DNA from: Chloroflexota bacterium
Lineage (GTDB): Bacteria; Chloroflexota; Anaerolineae; UBA2200
Assembly: GCA_014360905.1 (NCBI GenBank)
Contig: JACIWW010000012.1
Location: 8,011 to 72,010 of the forward strand
Length of the DNA: 64,000 nt
Direction of reading: 5' to 3'
Each line of letters begins with the position of its first letter. Position 1 is the stretch's first letter. Below the pieces are notes generated by a model. It had not been told where the DNA came from, searched no databases, and saw only the letters and a program-made list of their open reading frames with translations. Of the stretch, positions 19,019 to 27,413 are shown in pieces. Both the position numbers and the translations under genes were made by a program.

Positions 19019-19115
19019 CAACGAATGGGGACACGAATAAACGAATAGCATGTTGTAGTTAGATCCGTCTGTTGCCTGATTCGTTGATGGCCCATTTGTC
19101 ATGCTGAGGCCAGCT
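19019..19115. repeat. Iterated-hexamer hairpin element (ACGAAT x3 ... ATTCGT), second repeat family
   Basis: TCAACGAATGGGGACACGAATAAACGAAT...ATTCGTTGATGG. Related copy at 41003-41080. Confidence 0.6.
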
Positions 19116-19214
19116 GAAGCATCTGACGCAGCCAAACGGTCTCACATAACTCGCGAGGAAAAATCGCAGGCCGGCGTGGGCGACAGTCCATAACTTTAAT
19201 ATGAAACTGCAGGT

Positions 19215-20141
19215 GTGATAATGCAAGAACAAAGGACGTGGAATTATAATGAATTCTTCTACCGCAATTATGGCATCTTCACGGAAGAGGAACAGCGCCG
19301 CATCAGGGATGCCAGAGTAGTAGTTGCTGGCTGTGGCGGTATCGGCGGGGTACTTGCGGTCGCTCTGGCACGCATGGGTATCAGCCACTTGGTGCTTATG
19401 GACCCTGAAAGCTACGAACCTTCGAACATGAACCGGCAGATTGCCTGTTTTTGCGAGAACATTGGCAAGAACAAGGCGCGTTGTATCGAAGAGCAGATAC
19501 GTTGCATTAATCCAGAGGCTGATGTTACGGTCTATGAGCGCGCCTTGGTATACGATGAAATCGAAGAGATTGCCAAACTGGGCGATGTCATCGCCCCGGC
19601 GATGGATGAATGGCCACTAAGCTTGATGGCGCTGGAAATCATTCGCAAATCCAAGCCCGCCGTGATGGCTTATCCCGTGGGCGCATTGGGACGCGTCTCC
19701 GTCTTCACTGCGGACAGCCCCACCGTGGCCGAATGCTTGGTGATGCCCTATGGATTTGGCTATCATGAATTGCAGGAGTATACTACGCGCCCGGACGCGC
19801 GGTGGCTTCTCTTGTATTATGTTACAGAAGGTCAGTGGAGGGAGGACTGGTTCGCGCAATGGGTGGAGGGCAAGCTCCCGCATGCCCAGATTTGTCCCAT
19901 TGTCTGGATTACCGGGACATTGGCGGCGCTGGAAATCATCAAACTGGTTAGTGGTAAATGGAAACCTGTTATTTCTCCCTATTATTGGTATATTACGCCG
20001 TCGCGAGCGCGTATCCGAAAGTTCGGGCTGAGGCGCAAATTGGCTTCGCGGCTATCGCGGCACAAGGCGCTGAGGGAACAGATGATCCGCTTGGCGCGCT
20101 CGAAAGCATTTGTACGCTTTTTCACACGTCTGATTGACTAG
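19215..20141 (+). CDS. ThiF/MoeB/HesA-family E1-like adenylyltransferase
   Basis: Rossmann GxGxxG motif VVVAGCGGIGGVLAVALARMGI. Typical ThiF-family core. GTG at 19215 or ATG at 19221. Confidence 0.7.
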   Translation: MIMQEQRTWNYNEFFYRNYGIFTEEEQRRIRDARVVVAGCGGIGGVLAVALARMGISHLVLMDPESYEPSNMNRQIACFCENIGKNKARCIEEQIRCINPEADVTVYERALVYDEIEEIAKLGDVIAPAMDEWPLSLMALEIIRKSKPAVMAYPVGALGRVSVFTADSPTVAECLVMPYGFGYHELQEYTTRPDARWLLLYYVTEGQWREDWFAQWVEGKLPHAQICPIVWITGTLAALEIIKLVSGKWKPVISPYYWYITPSRARIRKFGLRRKLASRLSRHKALREQMIRLARSKAFVRFFTRLID

Positions 20142-20158
20142 ATCGCAAGGAGTGACGG

Positions 20159-20662
20159 ATGAAACGATGGCTCTCCTTCCCCAATCTTCTGGCTCTCGTG
20201 GCAGTGGTTCTCATGGTCATGGGCATTACCCGCCCTTGGTGGAGCCTGACCTTGTTTGGCAATGAAAGCGATATTTATGTTTATCAGATCGTGGGCCCGC
20301 TCCGTGAACTCTTGGGCTACAAACGCAGTCCGCAGATGCTCCTTCTGACCAGGGTATTGATTGGCGCCGTGGTTCTGGTTGCATTGGGCAGTGTATTGCG
20401 CGGCTGGCCTGGACGGATCCTGATTGCCCTCGGAGGCATTGCTATCCTGCTGGGGGTCTCGCGCTTCCTGGGCAGAATTGCTGAGGTCGCGGAGGGGTTC
20501 AATGTGCCCATCCAGGGCCATGGCATTGGTGACTATGGTGGTTTTGCCAAAGTGGAAGTGAGCACTCGGCTGCGCACAGGGCTGTACCTGACAAGAGCGG
20601 GTGGTATAGTAGCCTTGCTAGCCAGCTTGCTGCACAGTATCATGCAACCGCGCCGGAAGTGA
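20159..20662 (+). CDS. Small integral membrane protein (4 predicted TM helices), unknown function
   Basis: RBS GGAGTGACGG. Hydrophobic segments. Confidence 0.5.
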   Translation: MKRWLSFPNLLALVAVVLMVMGITRPWWSLTLFGNESDIYVYQIVGPLRELLGYKRSPQMLLLTRVLIGAVVLVALGSVLRGWPGRILIALGGIAILLGVSRFLGRIAEVAEGFNVPIQGHGIGDYGGFAKVEVSTRLRTGLYLTRAGGIVALLASLLHSIMQPRRK

Positions 20663-20769
20663 AGATGGGTTTGAGGCTACCAGCCCTGGGCGGAGTGTGG
20701 TCGGCGCAAAGCCAATGGGAGCGCTGTGGTGCAACTCAAAACGACATATCGGAGATAACAGGATAGATT

Positions 20770-22218
20770 ATGCTTCATGAGATCAACCAATTGTTGGCTG
20801 AATGGCGGCAGGGCCGGCTCAGCCGACGTAGCTTTATCCGCTACGCTACGCTTTTGGGCTTGTCTTTGGGAGCAGCCGAAGCACTGGCTGCTTGCGCACC
20901 TTCTCCAACGCCTACAGCGGCCCCTACTCCTGTCCCTACACCTACAGCCACATTCATACCTAGTCAGATCGCCGGTGAAGACGCCGAGGTGCCAACCCCC
21001 GAATGGGTGCCAACACCCCTACCGCCCATGACGCCTACGCCGACCATTACCTGGCCCAAGCCAACTCCCACGCCGGTGATGTGGGAACCAGCCATGTGGG
21101 CTTGCCCTTCTTGTACAGAGCGCTTCTCCACGCAGGAGGAGCTCGTCAAGCACATCCTGGCGAAGCATGCACGCAAGATTCCCGGAGCCCGGCGCGTGGA
21201 CCAACCCACCTATGCCCGTTTCCTGACTGACCAGGTGGCGCGCTTTGACCAGCGCAATACCGTCTTCTCGCGTGTGATGTGGGATAAGGATTACCAGGAA
21301 CAGATTAGCAAAGTAACGTTGCGGCCAAGGCGCGAGACAGTGGAGGAAATGATCAAGGGCAGAGCGCTAGTCGCTGGTGCCATTTATGCGGACGACGTCG
21401 CCGGCAGCCTGGCGCCCAATTACCGCGGCTACAGTGGCCATGTGCACGGATATGGCGGGCTGTATGGGTGGGACGACCCAGTGAGTGCGGAACGCCTACC
21501 CGTGACCGACAAAGCAGAGATGTCGGAGCATATCAAGACCGTGGCACGCTTTTACGGCGCCGACCTGGTGGGGATTTGCGCAATCAACCCGCTATGGGTA
21601 TACTCGCATTACTATGACCGCGAAACCGGCGAATATGGAGAACTGGAAATCCCGTACAAATATGCCATTGTGATGGGGCTGGAGATGGACTTTGCCTGCA
21701 TCAATCAGTCCCCTGGCTTTGAAGCCAGTGCGGCAACGGCGCTGATTTATTCGAAGATGGCGGAAGTAACGGCCAAGCTAGCCAAGTACATCCGTGCTTT
21801 GGGTTACGAAGCGGTGCCCTCTGGAAATGACACGATGCAGAATATTCCACTAGCCATTGATGCCGGCTTGGGCGAAATCGGCCGGCTAGGCTTGCTACTC
21901 ACGCCCGAATTCGGACCACGGCAACGCCTCTGCAAGGTGCTGACAAACTTGCCGCTGGCAACAGACAAACCCATTGACTTTGGCATGCAGCGCTTTTGCG
22001 AGATGTGTCTTTTCTGTGCCCATGCCTGCCCCGCGAAGGCCATCCCCTTTGGCGAGCGTTCGCTGGAGCGGACTTCCATCTCCAACCGGCCAGGCATTTT
22101 GCGCTGGACGGTGAACGTGGGCAACTGCTACCTGTTCTGGCGTGCCAATGGCGGCACAGATTGCTCGAACTGCGTCGCAGCATGCCCATGGGGCCAGCAG
22201 AATCGTCCCTGGCTCTAG
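20770..22218 (+). CDS. TAT-exported RdhA/QueG-superfamily Fe-S (corrinoid-type) reductase, reductive-dehalogenase-like. N-terminal twin-arginine lipoprotein signal, Pro/Thr linker and a C2H2-type zinc-finger motif.
   Basis: Twin-arginine SRRSFIRY. Lipobox LAACAP. Finger CPSCTERFSTQEELVKHILAKH (C-x2-C-x12-H-x4-H). Family motifs RFYGADLVGI and AGLGEIGRLGLLLTPEFGPRQRL. Fe-S motifs FCEMCLFCAHACP (C-x2-C-x2-C-x3-CP) and C-x12-CSNCVAACP. Confidence 0.6.
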   Translation: MLHEINQLLAEWRQGRLSRRSFIRYATLLGLSLGAAEALAACAPSPTPTAAPTPVPTPTATFIPSQIAGEDAEVPTPEWVPTPLPPMTPTPTITWPKPTPTPVMWEPAMWACPSCTERFSTQEELVKHILAKHARKIPGARRVDQPTYARFLTDQVARFDQRNTVFSRVMWDKDYQEQISKVTLRPRRETVEEMIKGRALVAGAIYADDVAGSLAPNYRGYSGHVHGYGGLYGWDDPVSAERLPVTDKAEMSEHIKTVARFYGADLVGICAINPLWVYSHYYDRETGEYGELEIPYKYAIVMGLEMDFACINQSPGFEASAATALIYSKMAEVTAKLAKYIRALGYEAVPSGNDTMQNIPLAIDAGLGEIGRLGLLLTPEFGPRQRLCKVLTNLPLATDKPIDFGMQRFCEMCLFCAHACPAKAIPFGERSLERTSISNRPGILRWTVNVGNCYLFWRANGGTDCSNCVAACPWGQQNRPWL

Positions 22219-22294
22219 TCTGTACCCCAACTGCTTTGCTACAAGTCAATATCTTGAACACGACTATTTACATTGACAAGGAGGAACAAAGAGC

Positions 22295-22774
22295 ATGTTC
22301 GATGTGAACAAAGTGGATGCCATCATCGAGAAGCATGGAGCGGAACAGCGTGCTCTGACTGCTATGCTGCAGGACATCCAGGGCGAGTACAACTATTTGC
22401 CTCGTGAAGCTTTGGAGCATCTAGCGCAGAAGATGAAGTTACCTCTGATACAGGTGTATCAAGTCGCCAGGTTCTACAGAGCTTTCAGCCTGGAGCCGCG
22501 CGGCAAGCATTCCATCACGGTCTGCTTGGGTACTGCCTGCCACGTACGTGGCGGCGTTGCTGTCGCAGACCAGGTGGGGCGCTTGCTCGGCATAAAGCCG
22601 GGGGAAACGACCAAGGACAGGCGCTTCTCCTTTGACACCGTCAATTGCCTGGGCTGCTGCGCCCTGGGCCCCGTGATGGTTGTGGATGGCCAGTACTATG
22701 GCAAGATGGCTGCCAGCAAGGTGGAGCGCGTGCTCGCTAAATACTCGGGAGAGGAGGTTGCTACCAATGCCTAG
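22295..22774 (+). CDS. NuoE/HoxE/HndA-like [2Fe-2S] thioredoxin-fold subunit of an NADH-dependent oxidoreductase
   Basis: Cys motifs C-x4-C...C-x3-C (VCLGTACHV...NCLGCCALGP). RBS AAGGAGGAA. Confidence 0.85.
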   Translation: MFDVNKVDAIIEKHGAEQRALTAMLQDIQGEYNYLPREALEHLAQKMKLPLIQVYQVARFYRAFSLEPRGKHSITVCLGTACHVRGGVAVADQVGRLLGIKPGETTKDRRFSFDTVNCLGCCALGPVMVVDGQYYGKMAASKVERVLAKYSGEEVATNA

Positions 22775-24620
22775 GCTAACATCACGAGCCGAGTTCGAAG
22801 CGTGGCGCCAGTCCATACTTGCGAGCTGGGATCCAAGCAAACCCTGTATTACCGTATGCGGAGGAACAGGCTGTAGCGCCTTGGGTGCGAAAGAAGTCAC
22901 TGCCGCTCTGGGGCGTGAACTGAAAAAGCAAGGCTTACAGGACAAGGTAGATCTCAAGATGACTGGCTGCCATGGCTTCTGTGAACGAGGGCCTTTGGTC
23001 GTCGTCTACCCCCAGCATATCTTTTACCAGAGCGTGACGGCGGATGATGTCCCCGACATCGTCTCTGAGACGCTCATCAAAGGAAACCCCCTCGAGCGCA
23101 AGCTGTACAAAGATCTGGTGACCGGAGAGCCAATCGTCTATGAACCGGATGTCCCTTTCTACCGCGAACAACACCGCATTTTGATGAAGTACAATGGCCT
23201 GATTATCCCTACCAGGATTCAGGACTATATTGCCATCGGTGGGTATCAGGCGTTGTGCAAAGCTCTTTTCGAGATGAGCCCAGAGCAGGTGATTGAGGAA
23301 ATCAAGCGCTCTGGTCTGCGTGGCCGCGGTGGCGCTGGCTTTCCCACGGGTCGCAAGTGGGAAGAATGCCGCCGCGCTGATGGAGATATCAAGTATGTCA
23401 TCTGCAATGCCGACGAGGGCGACCCAGGTGCCTATCAAGACCGTAGCTTGGTCGAAGGCAACCCGCACAGCATCCTGGAGGGCATCATCATCGGCGCGTA
23501 CGCTGTTGGCGCTCACGAAGGCTTTATCTATATCCGTCATGAATACCCTCTGGCGGTCGAACACATCACCCGTGCCGCAGAGCAGGCTGAAGAGTACGGG
23601 CTGCTGGGGAAGAATATCCTTGGCTCAGGTTTCGATTTCACCTTCAAGGTGCATCGCGGGGCAGGCGCCTTCGTTTGTGGCGAGTCCAGTGCTCTGATGC
23701 GCTCCATCGAAGGCTATGCTGGCGAGCCGCGCGCGAAGCGCATTCATGCCACCGAAAAAGGGCTATGGGAGCGCCCCACCGTGCTGAACAACGTCAAGAC
23801 GTGGGCTTCGGTACCCCACATCATCAACAATGGCGCGGATTGGTTCGCTCAAATGGGCACGGAGACGAGCAAAGGGACGATGGTCTTTTCGCTAGTGGGC
23901 AAGGTCAACAACACCGGCCTGGTGGAGGTGCCCATGGGCGCGACTCTGCGCCATCTCGTGTACGACATTGGCGGTGGCATTTCCAGCGGCAAGAGATGTA
24001 AAGCTGTACAGACTGGCGGGCCATCAGGCGGTTGCATCCCGGAGCGCTTGCTCGACCTGCCCGTGGACTATGAAGCGCTGACCGAAGCCGGTTCCATCAT
24101 GGGTTCCGGTGGCCTCATCGTCATGGATGAGGACACTTGCATGGTGGACGTAGCGCGCTACTTCCTGCACTTTACCATGGAGGAATCCTGTGGCAAGTGT
24201 ACTGCCTGCCGCGAAGGAAGCCGACGCATGTACGAAATCCTGGAACGCATCGTGCATGGAAAGGGTCAGGAAGGAGACATTGAACGGTTGCAAGAAATTG
24301 GCACCACGATGATCAATGGCTCACTCTGTGCGTTAGGCCGCATGGCTCCGAACCCGGTTCTGAGCACCATCCGCTATTTCCGGGAGGAATACGAGGCCCA
24401 TATCCGCGACAAGCGCTGCCCAGCGGCGGTCTGCAAGGACCTGATCACCTATTCCATCATCGCCGAGAACTGCACCGGCTGTGGCGTTTGCCTACGCAAT
24501 TGCCCGCAAGGCGCCATCACTGGTGAAAAGAAACAGGTCCATCACATTGACCCAAGCAAGTGCATCCGTTGTGGCATCTGCCGCGAAGTCTGCAGATTCG
24601 ATGCGATCAAGGTAGAATAG
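22767..24620 (+). CDS. NuoF/HoxF/HndC-like NADH-binding FMN/[4Fe-4S] subunit with N-terminal 2Fe-2S domain and C-terminal 2x[4Fe-4S] ferredoxin domain
   Basis: RBS GAGGAGG before ATG 22767 (overlaps upstream gene end). FMN/NADH motifs GRGGAGFPTGRKW. SLBB domain. C-terminal CTGCGVCLRNCP and CIRCGICREVC. Confidence 0.85.
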   Translation: MPRLTSRAEFEAWRQSILASWDPSKPCITVCGGTGCSALGAKEVTAALGRELKKQGLQDKVDLKMTGCHGFCERGPLVVVYPQHIFYQSVTADDVPDIVSETLIKGNPLERKLYKDLVTGEPIVYEPDVPFYREQHRILMKYNGLIIPTRIQDYIAIGGYQALCKALFEMSPEQVIEEIKRSGLRGRGGAGFPTGRKWEECRRADGDIKYVICNADEGDPGAYQDRSLVEGNPHSILEGIIIGAYAVGAHEGFIYIRHEYPLAVEHITRAAEQAEEYGLLGKNILGSGFDFTFKVHRGAGAFVCGESSALMRSIEGYAGEPRAKRIHATEKGLWERPTVLNNVKTWASVPHIINNGADWFAQMGTETSKGTMVFSLVGKVNNTGLVEVPMGATLRHLVYDIGGGISSGKRCKAVQTGGPSGGCIPERLLDLPVDYEALTEAGSIMGSGGLIVMDEDTCMVDVARYFLHFTMEESCGKCTACREGSRRMYEILERIVHGKGQEGDIERLQEIGTTMINGSLCALGRMAPNPVLSTIRYFREEYEAHIRDKRCPAAVCKDLITYSIIAENCTGCGVCLRNCPQGAITGEKKQVHHIDPSKCIRCGICREVCRFDAIKVE

Positions 24621-24632
24621 AGGAGACAACAC

Positions 24633-26627
24633 ATGGTAGAACTCACTATTGATGGACAAAAAGTACAGGTTGAAGAAGGAACAACCATACTAGAAGCGGC
24701 GCGCAAGGTGGGCATCGAAATCCCCACCCTTTGCAGCCATCCCGACCTCAAGCCGTATGGCGCTTGCCGCGTTTGTGTCGTTGAGGTCAACCGCAAAGGA
24801 CGCTCTGTGGTCAGCACTTCCTGTGATTACCCGGTGGAAGAGGGGATGGAGGTCAAGACCAATTCCCCCGAAGCTGTCCGTACGCGCAAGATGATGATTG
24901 ACCTCTTGCTCTCGCGCGCTCCCAACGTGCGGCCATTACAGCTTCTGGCGAAGCAGTATGGCATCGAGAAGGCCAGCTTTCCCACGGATCATCCGGAGGA
25001 AGATTGCATCCTCTGTGGGCTCTGTGTGCGTGCGTGCGACGAAGTTGCGCAGAAGAACGTGATTGGCCTTGTGGATCGCAGCCAAAAGCGCCAAGTGAGC
25101 ACGCCTTTTGGTCAGCCCTCTCCAGAATGTGCCACCTGTGGCAAGTGTATCCCCTATTGTCCGACCGGCGCCATTGCCCATGTGCCCGGCATCGTGGTCA
25201 AGGGCGTGGGCGGGCTGTGGGTACGGCTGCGCCAAGTGGTGCAGTTGGGACTGTTGGCGCTGTTCCTGTACCTCGTGTGGAACACCACCAGAAAGGGAGT
25301 AGAGTCGCTGCCAATCAACCTCTTCAGCCGCTTCGATCCACTGATGGCGCTTGTCTCCATGCTGGGCTCCAAGCGCTTGATTGCCAATATGATCCCCGGC
25401 CTGGTCACCATCGTTGTCACGCTTTTGCTCGGCAGGGTCTGGTGCGGTTGGATCTGCCCTCTGGGGACGGTGCTGAACCTGTATGGTCCCAACAAAAACC
25501 CGCGCATCCCTGACAAACTGCGCCAGGTCAAATATTTCCTGCTCTTTGCCTTCATCGCCGCGGCATTGCTGGGCAGCCTGGCTCTGATGTGGTTAGATCC
25601 CATCACAATTTTTGTCCGTCCATTGGCTGGAGCGGTCTTTCCGGCCATTCTGCAGAAGCAAGCACCCGTGGCTGTTCCCAAGGGACTGGCTGCTGCGCGC
25701 GTAGCGGAGATTCCTTTGCGCCCTGTGGTGCATCCATTGCTGGCAGTGCCTTTGGTGATCGTGCTTGCCCTGAACTTGTTCGCCAAGCGTTTCTGGTGTC
25801 GCTACCTTTGCCCTCTGGGCGCGTGGGTAGCCTTCCTGTCCAAATTCTCCTGGATCAAGCGCTACATAGACAAGAAGATCTGTCTGGAATGGGGACGCTG
25901 CATCCCAGTCTGCCCTATGGATACCATTGCCTATGAGGATCTGAGCAGCGATCCTGGAGAATGCCTGATGTGCCTAGACTGCCTTGGCGTCTGTCCGTCT
26001 GGCGCTACCAAGTTTGGCCCGCAGCCGAAGCCTGGTTTCGGCTACAGTTATGATCCCTCACGCCGGCAGGTGCTGGCCTCGCTGGTGGTTGGTTTAGGTG
26101 GAGCAGCACTGCTCAAGACCGATATGCTCAAGAGCAAGAACCCCTACCAACTCCGACCACCGGGAGCGAAGGAGGAAGAGTTCCTGACCAAGTGTATTCG
26201 CTGTGGCCAGTGTGTCAAGGTCTGTCCGAACAATGCTCTGCATCTAGCCTTGTTTGAGGCTGGGCTGGAATCCATCTGGTCGCCGTTGCTTATCCCGCGC
26301 ATCGGCAACTGTGACTATGACTGCAATGCTTGCGGACAAGTCTGCCCGACCCAAGCCATTCCCAAACTGCCACTGGAAGAGAAACGCAAAGCCAAGATTG
26401 GCACAGCCGTGGTGGATTTCGACAAGTGCATCCGCTGTCTGCTCTGTGTTACGAGGTGTCCCGTGGAGGGGGCATTGGTACAGGGCGCAGTCGAAGGCCG
26501 CAAGGGCAAGTACCCCATCGTCAACCCAGACCTATGCATTGGCTGCGGCACTTGCGAGTTCGTCTGCCCGGTAGAAGGCGAATCAGCAATCCGCGTGCAG
26601 GCTGTAGGCACTGTCCCGCGTACCTAA
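24633..26627 (+). CDS. Fusion protein: NuoG/HydA N-terminal [2Fe-2S]+[4Fe-4S] module :: NapH/MauN-like integral-membrane polyferredoxin (CxxxCP TM motifs) :: C-terminal 4x[4Fe-4S] ferredoxin domains
   Basis: N-terminus [34 protein letters not shown]...C-x-x-C is NuoG-like. TM segments with CGWICPLG and CRYLCPLG are NapH-like. C-terminal clusters [33 protein letters not shown] and [12 protein letters not shown]. Confidence 0.6.
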   Translation: MVELTIDGQKVQVEEGTTILEAARKVGIEIPTLCSHPDLKPYGACRVCVVEVNRKGRSVVSTSCDYPVEEGMEVKTNSPEAVRTRKMMIDLLLSRAPNVRPLQLLAKQYGIEKASFPTDHPEEDCILCGLCVRACDEVAQKNVIGLVDRSQKRQVSTPFGQPSPECATCGKCIPYCPTGAIAHVPGIVVKGVGGLWVRLRQVVQLGLLALFLYLVWNTTRKGVESLPINLFSRFDPLMALVSMLGSKRLIANMIPGLVTIVVTLLLGRVWCGWICPLGTVLNLYGPNKNPRIPDKLRQVKYFLLFAFIAAALLGSLALMWLDPITIFVRPLAGAVFPAILQKQAPVAVPKGLAAARVAEIPLRPVVHPLLAVPLVIVLALNLFAKRFWCRYLCPLGAWVAFLSKFSWIKRYIDKKICLEWGRCIPVCPMDTIAYEDLSSDPGECLMCLDCLGVCPSGATKFGPQPKPGFGYSYDPSRRQVLASLVVGLGGAALLKTDMLKSKNPYQLRPPGAKEEEFLTKCIRCGQCVKVCPNNALHLALFEAGLESIWSPLLIPRIGNCDYDCNACGQVCPTQAIPKLPLEEKRKAKIGTAVVDFDKCIRCLLCVTRCPVEGALVQGAVEGRKGKYPIVNPDLCIGCGTCEFVCPVEGESAIRVQAVGTVPRT

Positions 26628-26637
26628 TACGTACAAC

Positions 26638-26680
26638 CTCCCGCTGGTCAGAAACCTACGGGAGGTTGCTTTCTATTGTC
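26638..26680 (+). terminator. Rho-independent terminator
   Basis: CAACCTCCCG-loop-CGGGAGGTTG followed by CTTTCTATTGT. Confidence 0.55.
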
Positions 26681-26767
26681 AGCAAAGCAATTTGGTGGTA
26701 TAATAAAGTAGTAACGCAGCCAACTCATTCCCCATGTCATGAGGTGGTGAGGCTGAGAAAAGGAGGG

Positions 26768-26944
26768 ATGATGCCTCGTCTTGGCGTACCAGAACTGCTG
26801 ATCATACTCGTGATTGTGATCTTAATCTTTGGTGTGGGCAGGCTGACAGAACTCGGCGCTGCCCTGGGTAGAGCAATCCGCGAGTTCCGCGAGGCAACGA
26901 AGCCAGAGGATGATAAGAAGGAAGCAAGAGGGAATAAGCAGTGA
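26768..26944 (+). CDS. tatA: Twin-arginine translocase TatA/E-family protein
   Basis: RBS AAGGAGGG. Sequence [43 protein letters not shown] (TM helix plus amphipathic helix). Embedded in the track ORF 26330..26944. Confidence 0.8.
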   Translation: MMPRLGVPELLIILVIVILIFGVGRLTELGAALGRAIREFREATKPEDDKKEARGNKQ

Positions 26945-27348
26945 ATCTTTTTAATATCGGTCCCATGGAATTGCTCTTCATTCTGATCTTGGCTTTGCTT
27001 ATCTTTGGTCCACGCCGTTTGCCACAGATAGCAAGGGACATTGGCAGGGCCATCGCGGAGTTCAGGAAGGCTTCCGAGGAACTGACTACGGAGCTGCGCA
27101 AGGAAATAGAGAGCACCGAGGCCGCGCTGGAAGAAGCCCAGAAAGAAGTCGCGGAATCTGCAAAGGCGGCTTTAGAGGGAACGACTCCGACGAAAGAGAC
27201 GCCTGCTCCACCACAACAGGGCAGGGAGGCAGCAGAGACTACCGTACCTTCCCTAGAGGAGTCCGCAGCAGAAACAAGCCTACCGGAAGAGTCCCCCGCA
27301 TCGTCGGAGCAGGGTGAGGACAAATCACCCGATGAATTGCTCGGCTGA
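26941..27348 (+). CDS. Second TatA/TatB-family protein (longer acidic C-terminal tail)
   Basis: [47 protein letters not shown] start overlaps the tatA stop. Confidence 0.7.
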   Translation: MNLFNIGPMELLFILILALLIFGPRRLPQIARDIGRAIAEFRKASEELTTELRKEIESTEAALEEAQKEVAESAKAALEGTTPTKETPAPPQQGREAAETTVPSLEESAAETSLPEESPASSEQGEDKSPDELLG

Positions 27349-27413
27349 AGAACGAGGCTTCCACTATTCGCAGGGAGCGCCTTAGAACGAATGCGCCATA
27401 GGTGAAAACAGCC

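Noticed and set aside
20770-22218. Epoxyqueuosine reductase QueG as the identity of the RdhA-like gene
   Set aside because: QueG is cytoplasmic and ~380 aa. This protein has a twin-arginine signal, lipobox and linker typical of exported RdhA-type enzymes. It remains formally possible and should be settled by phylogeny.
26330-26944. 204-aa ORF spanning the NuoG-NapH 3' end, terminator and tatA
   Set aside because: Only the last 58 codons (from ATG 26768 with AAGGAGGG RBS) form a TatA protein. The upstream part overlaps another gene and a terminator hairpin.
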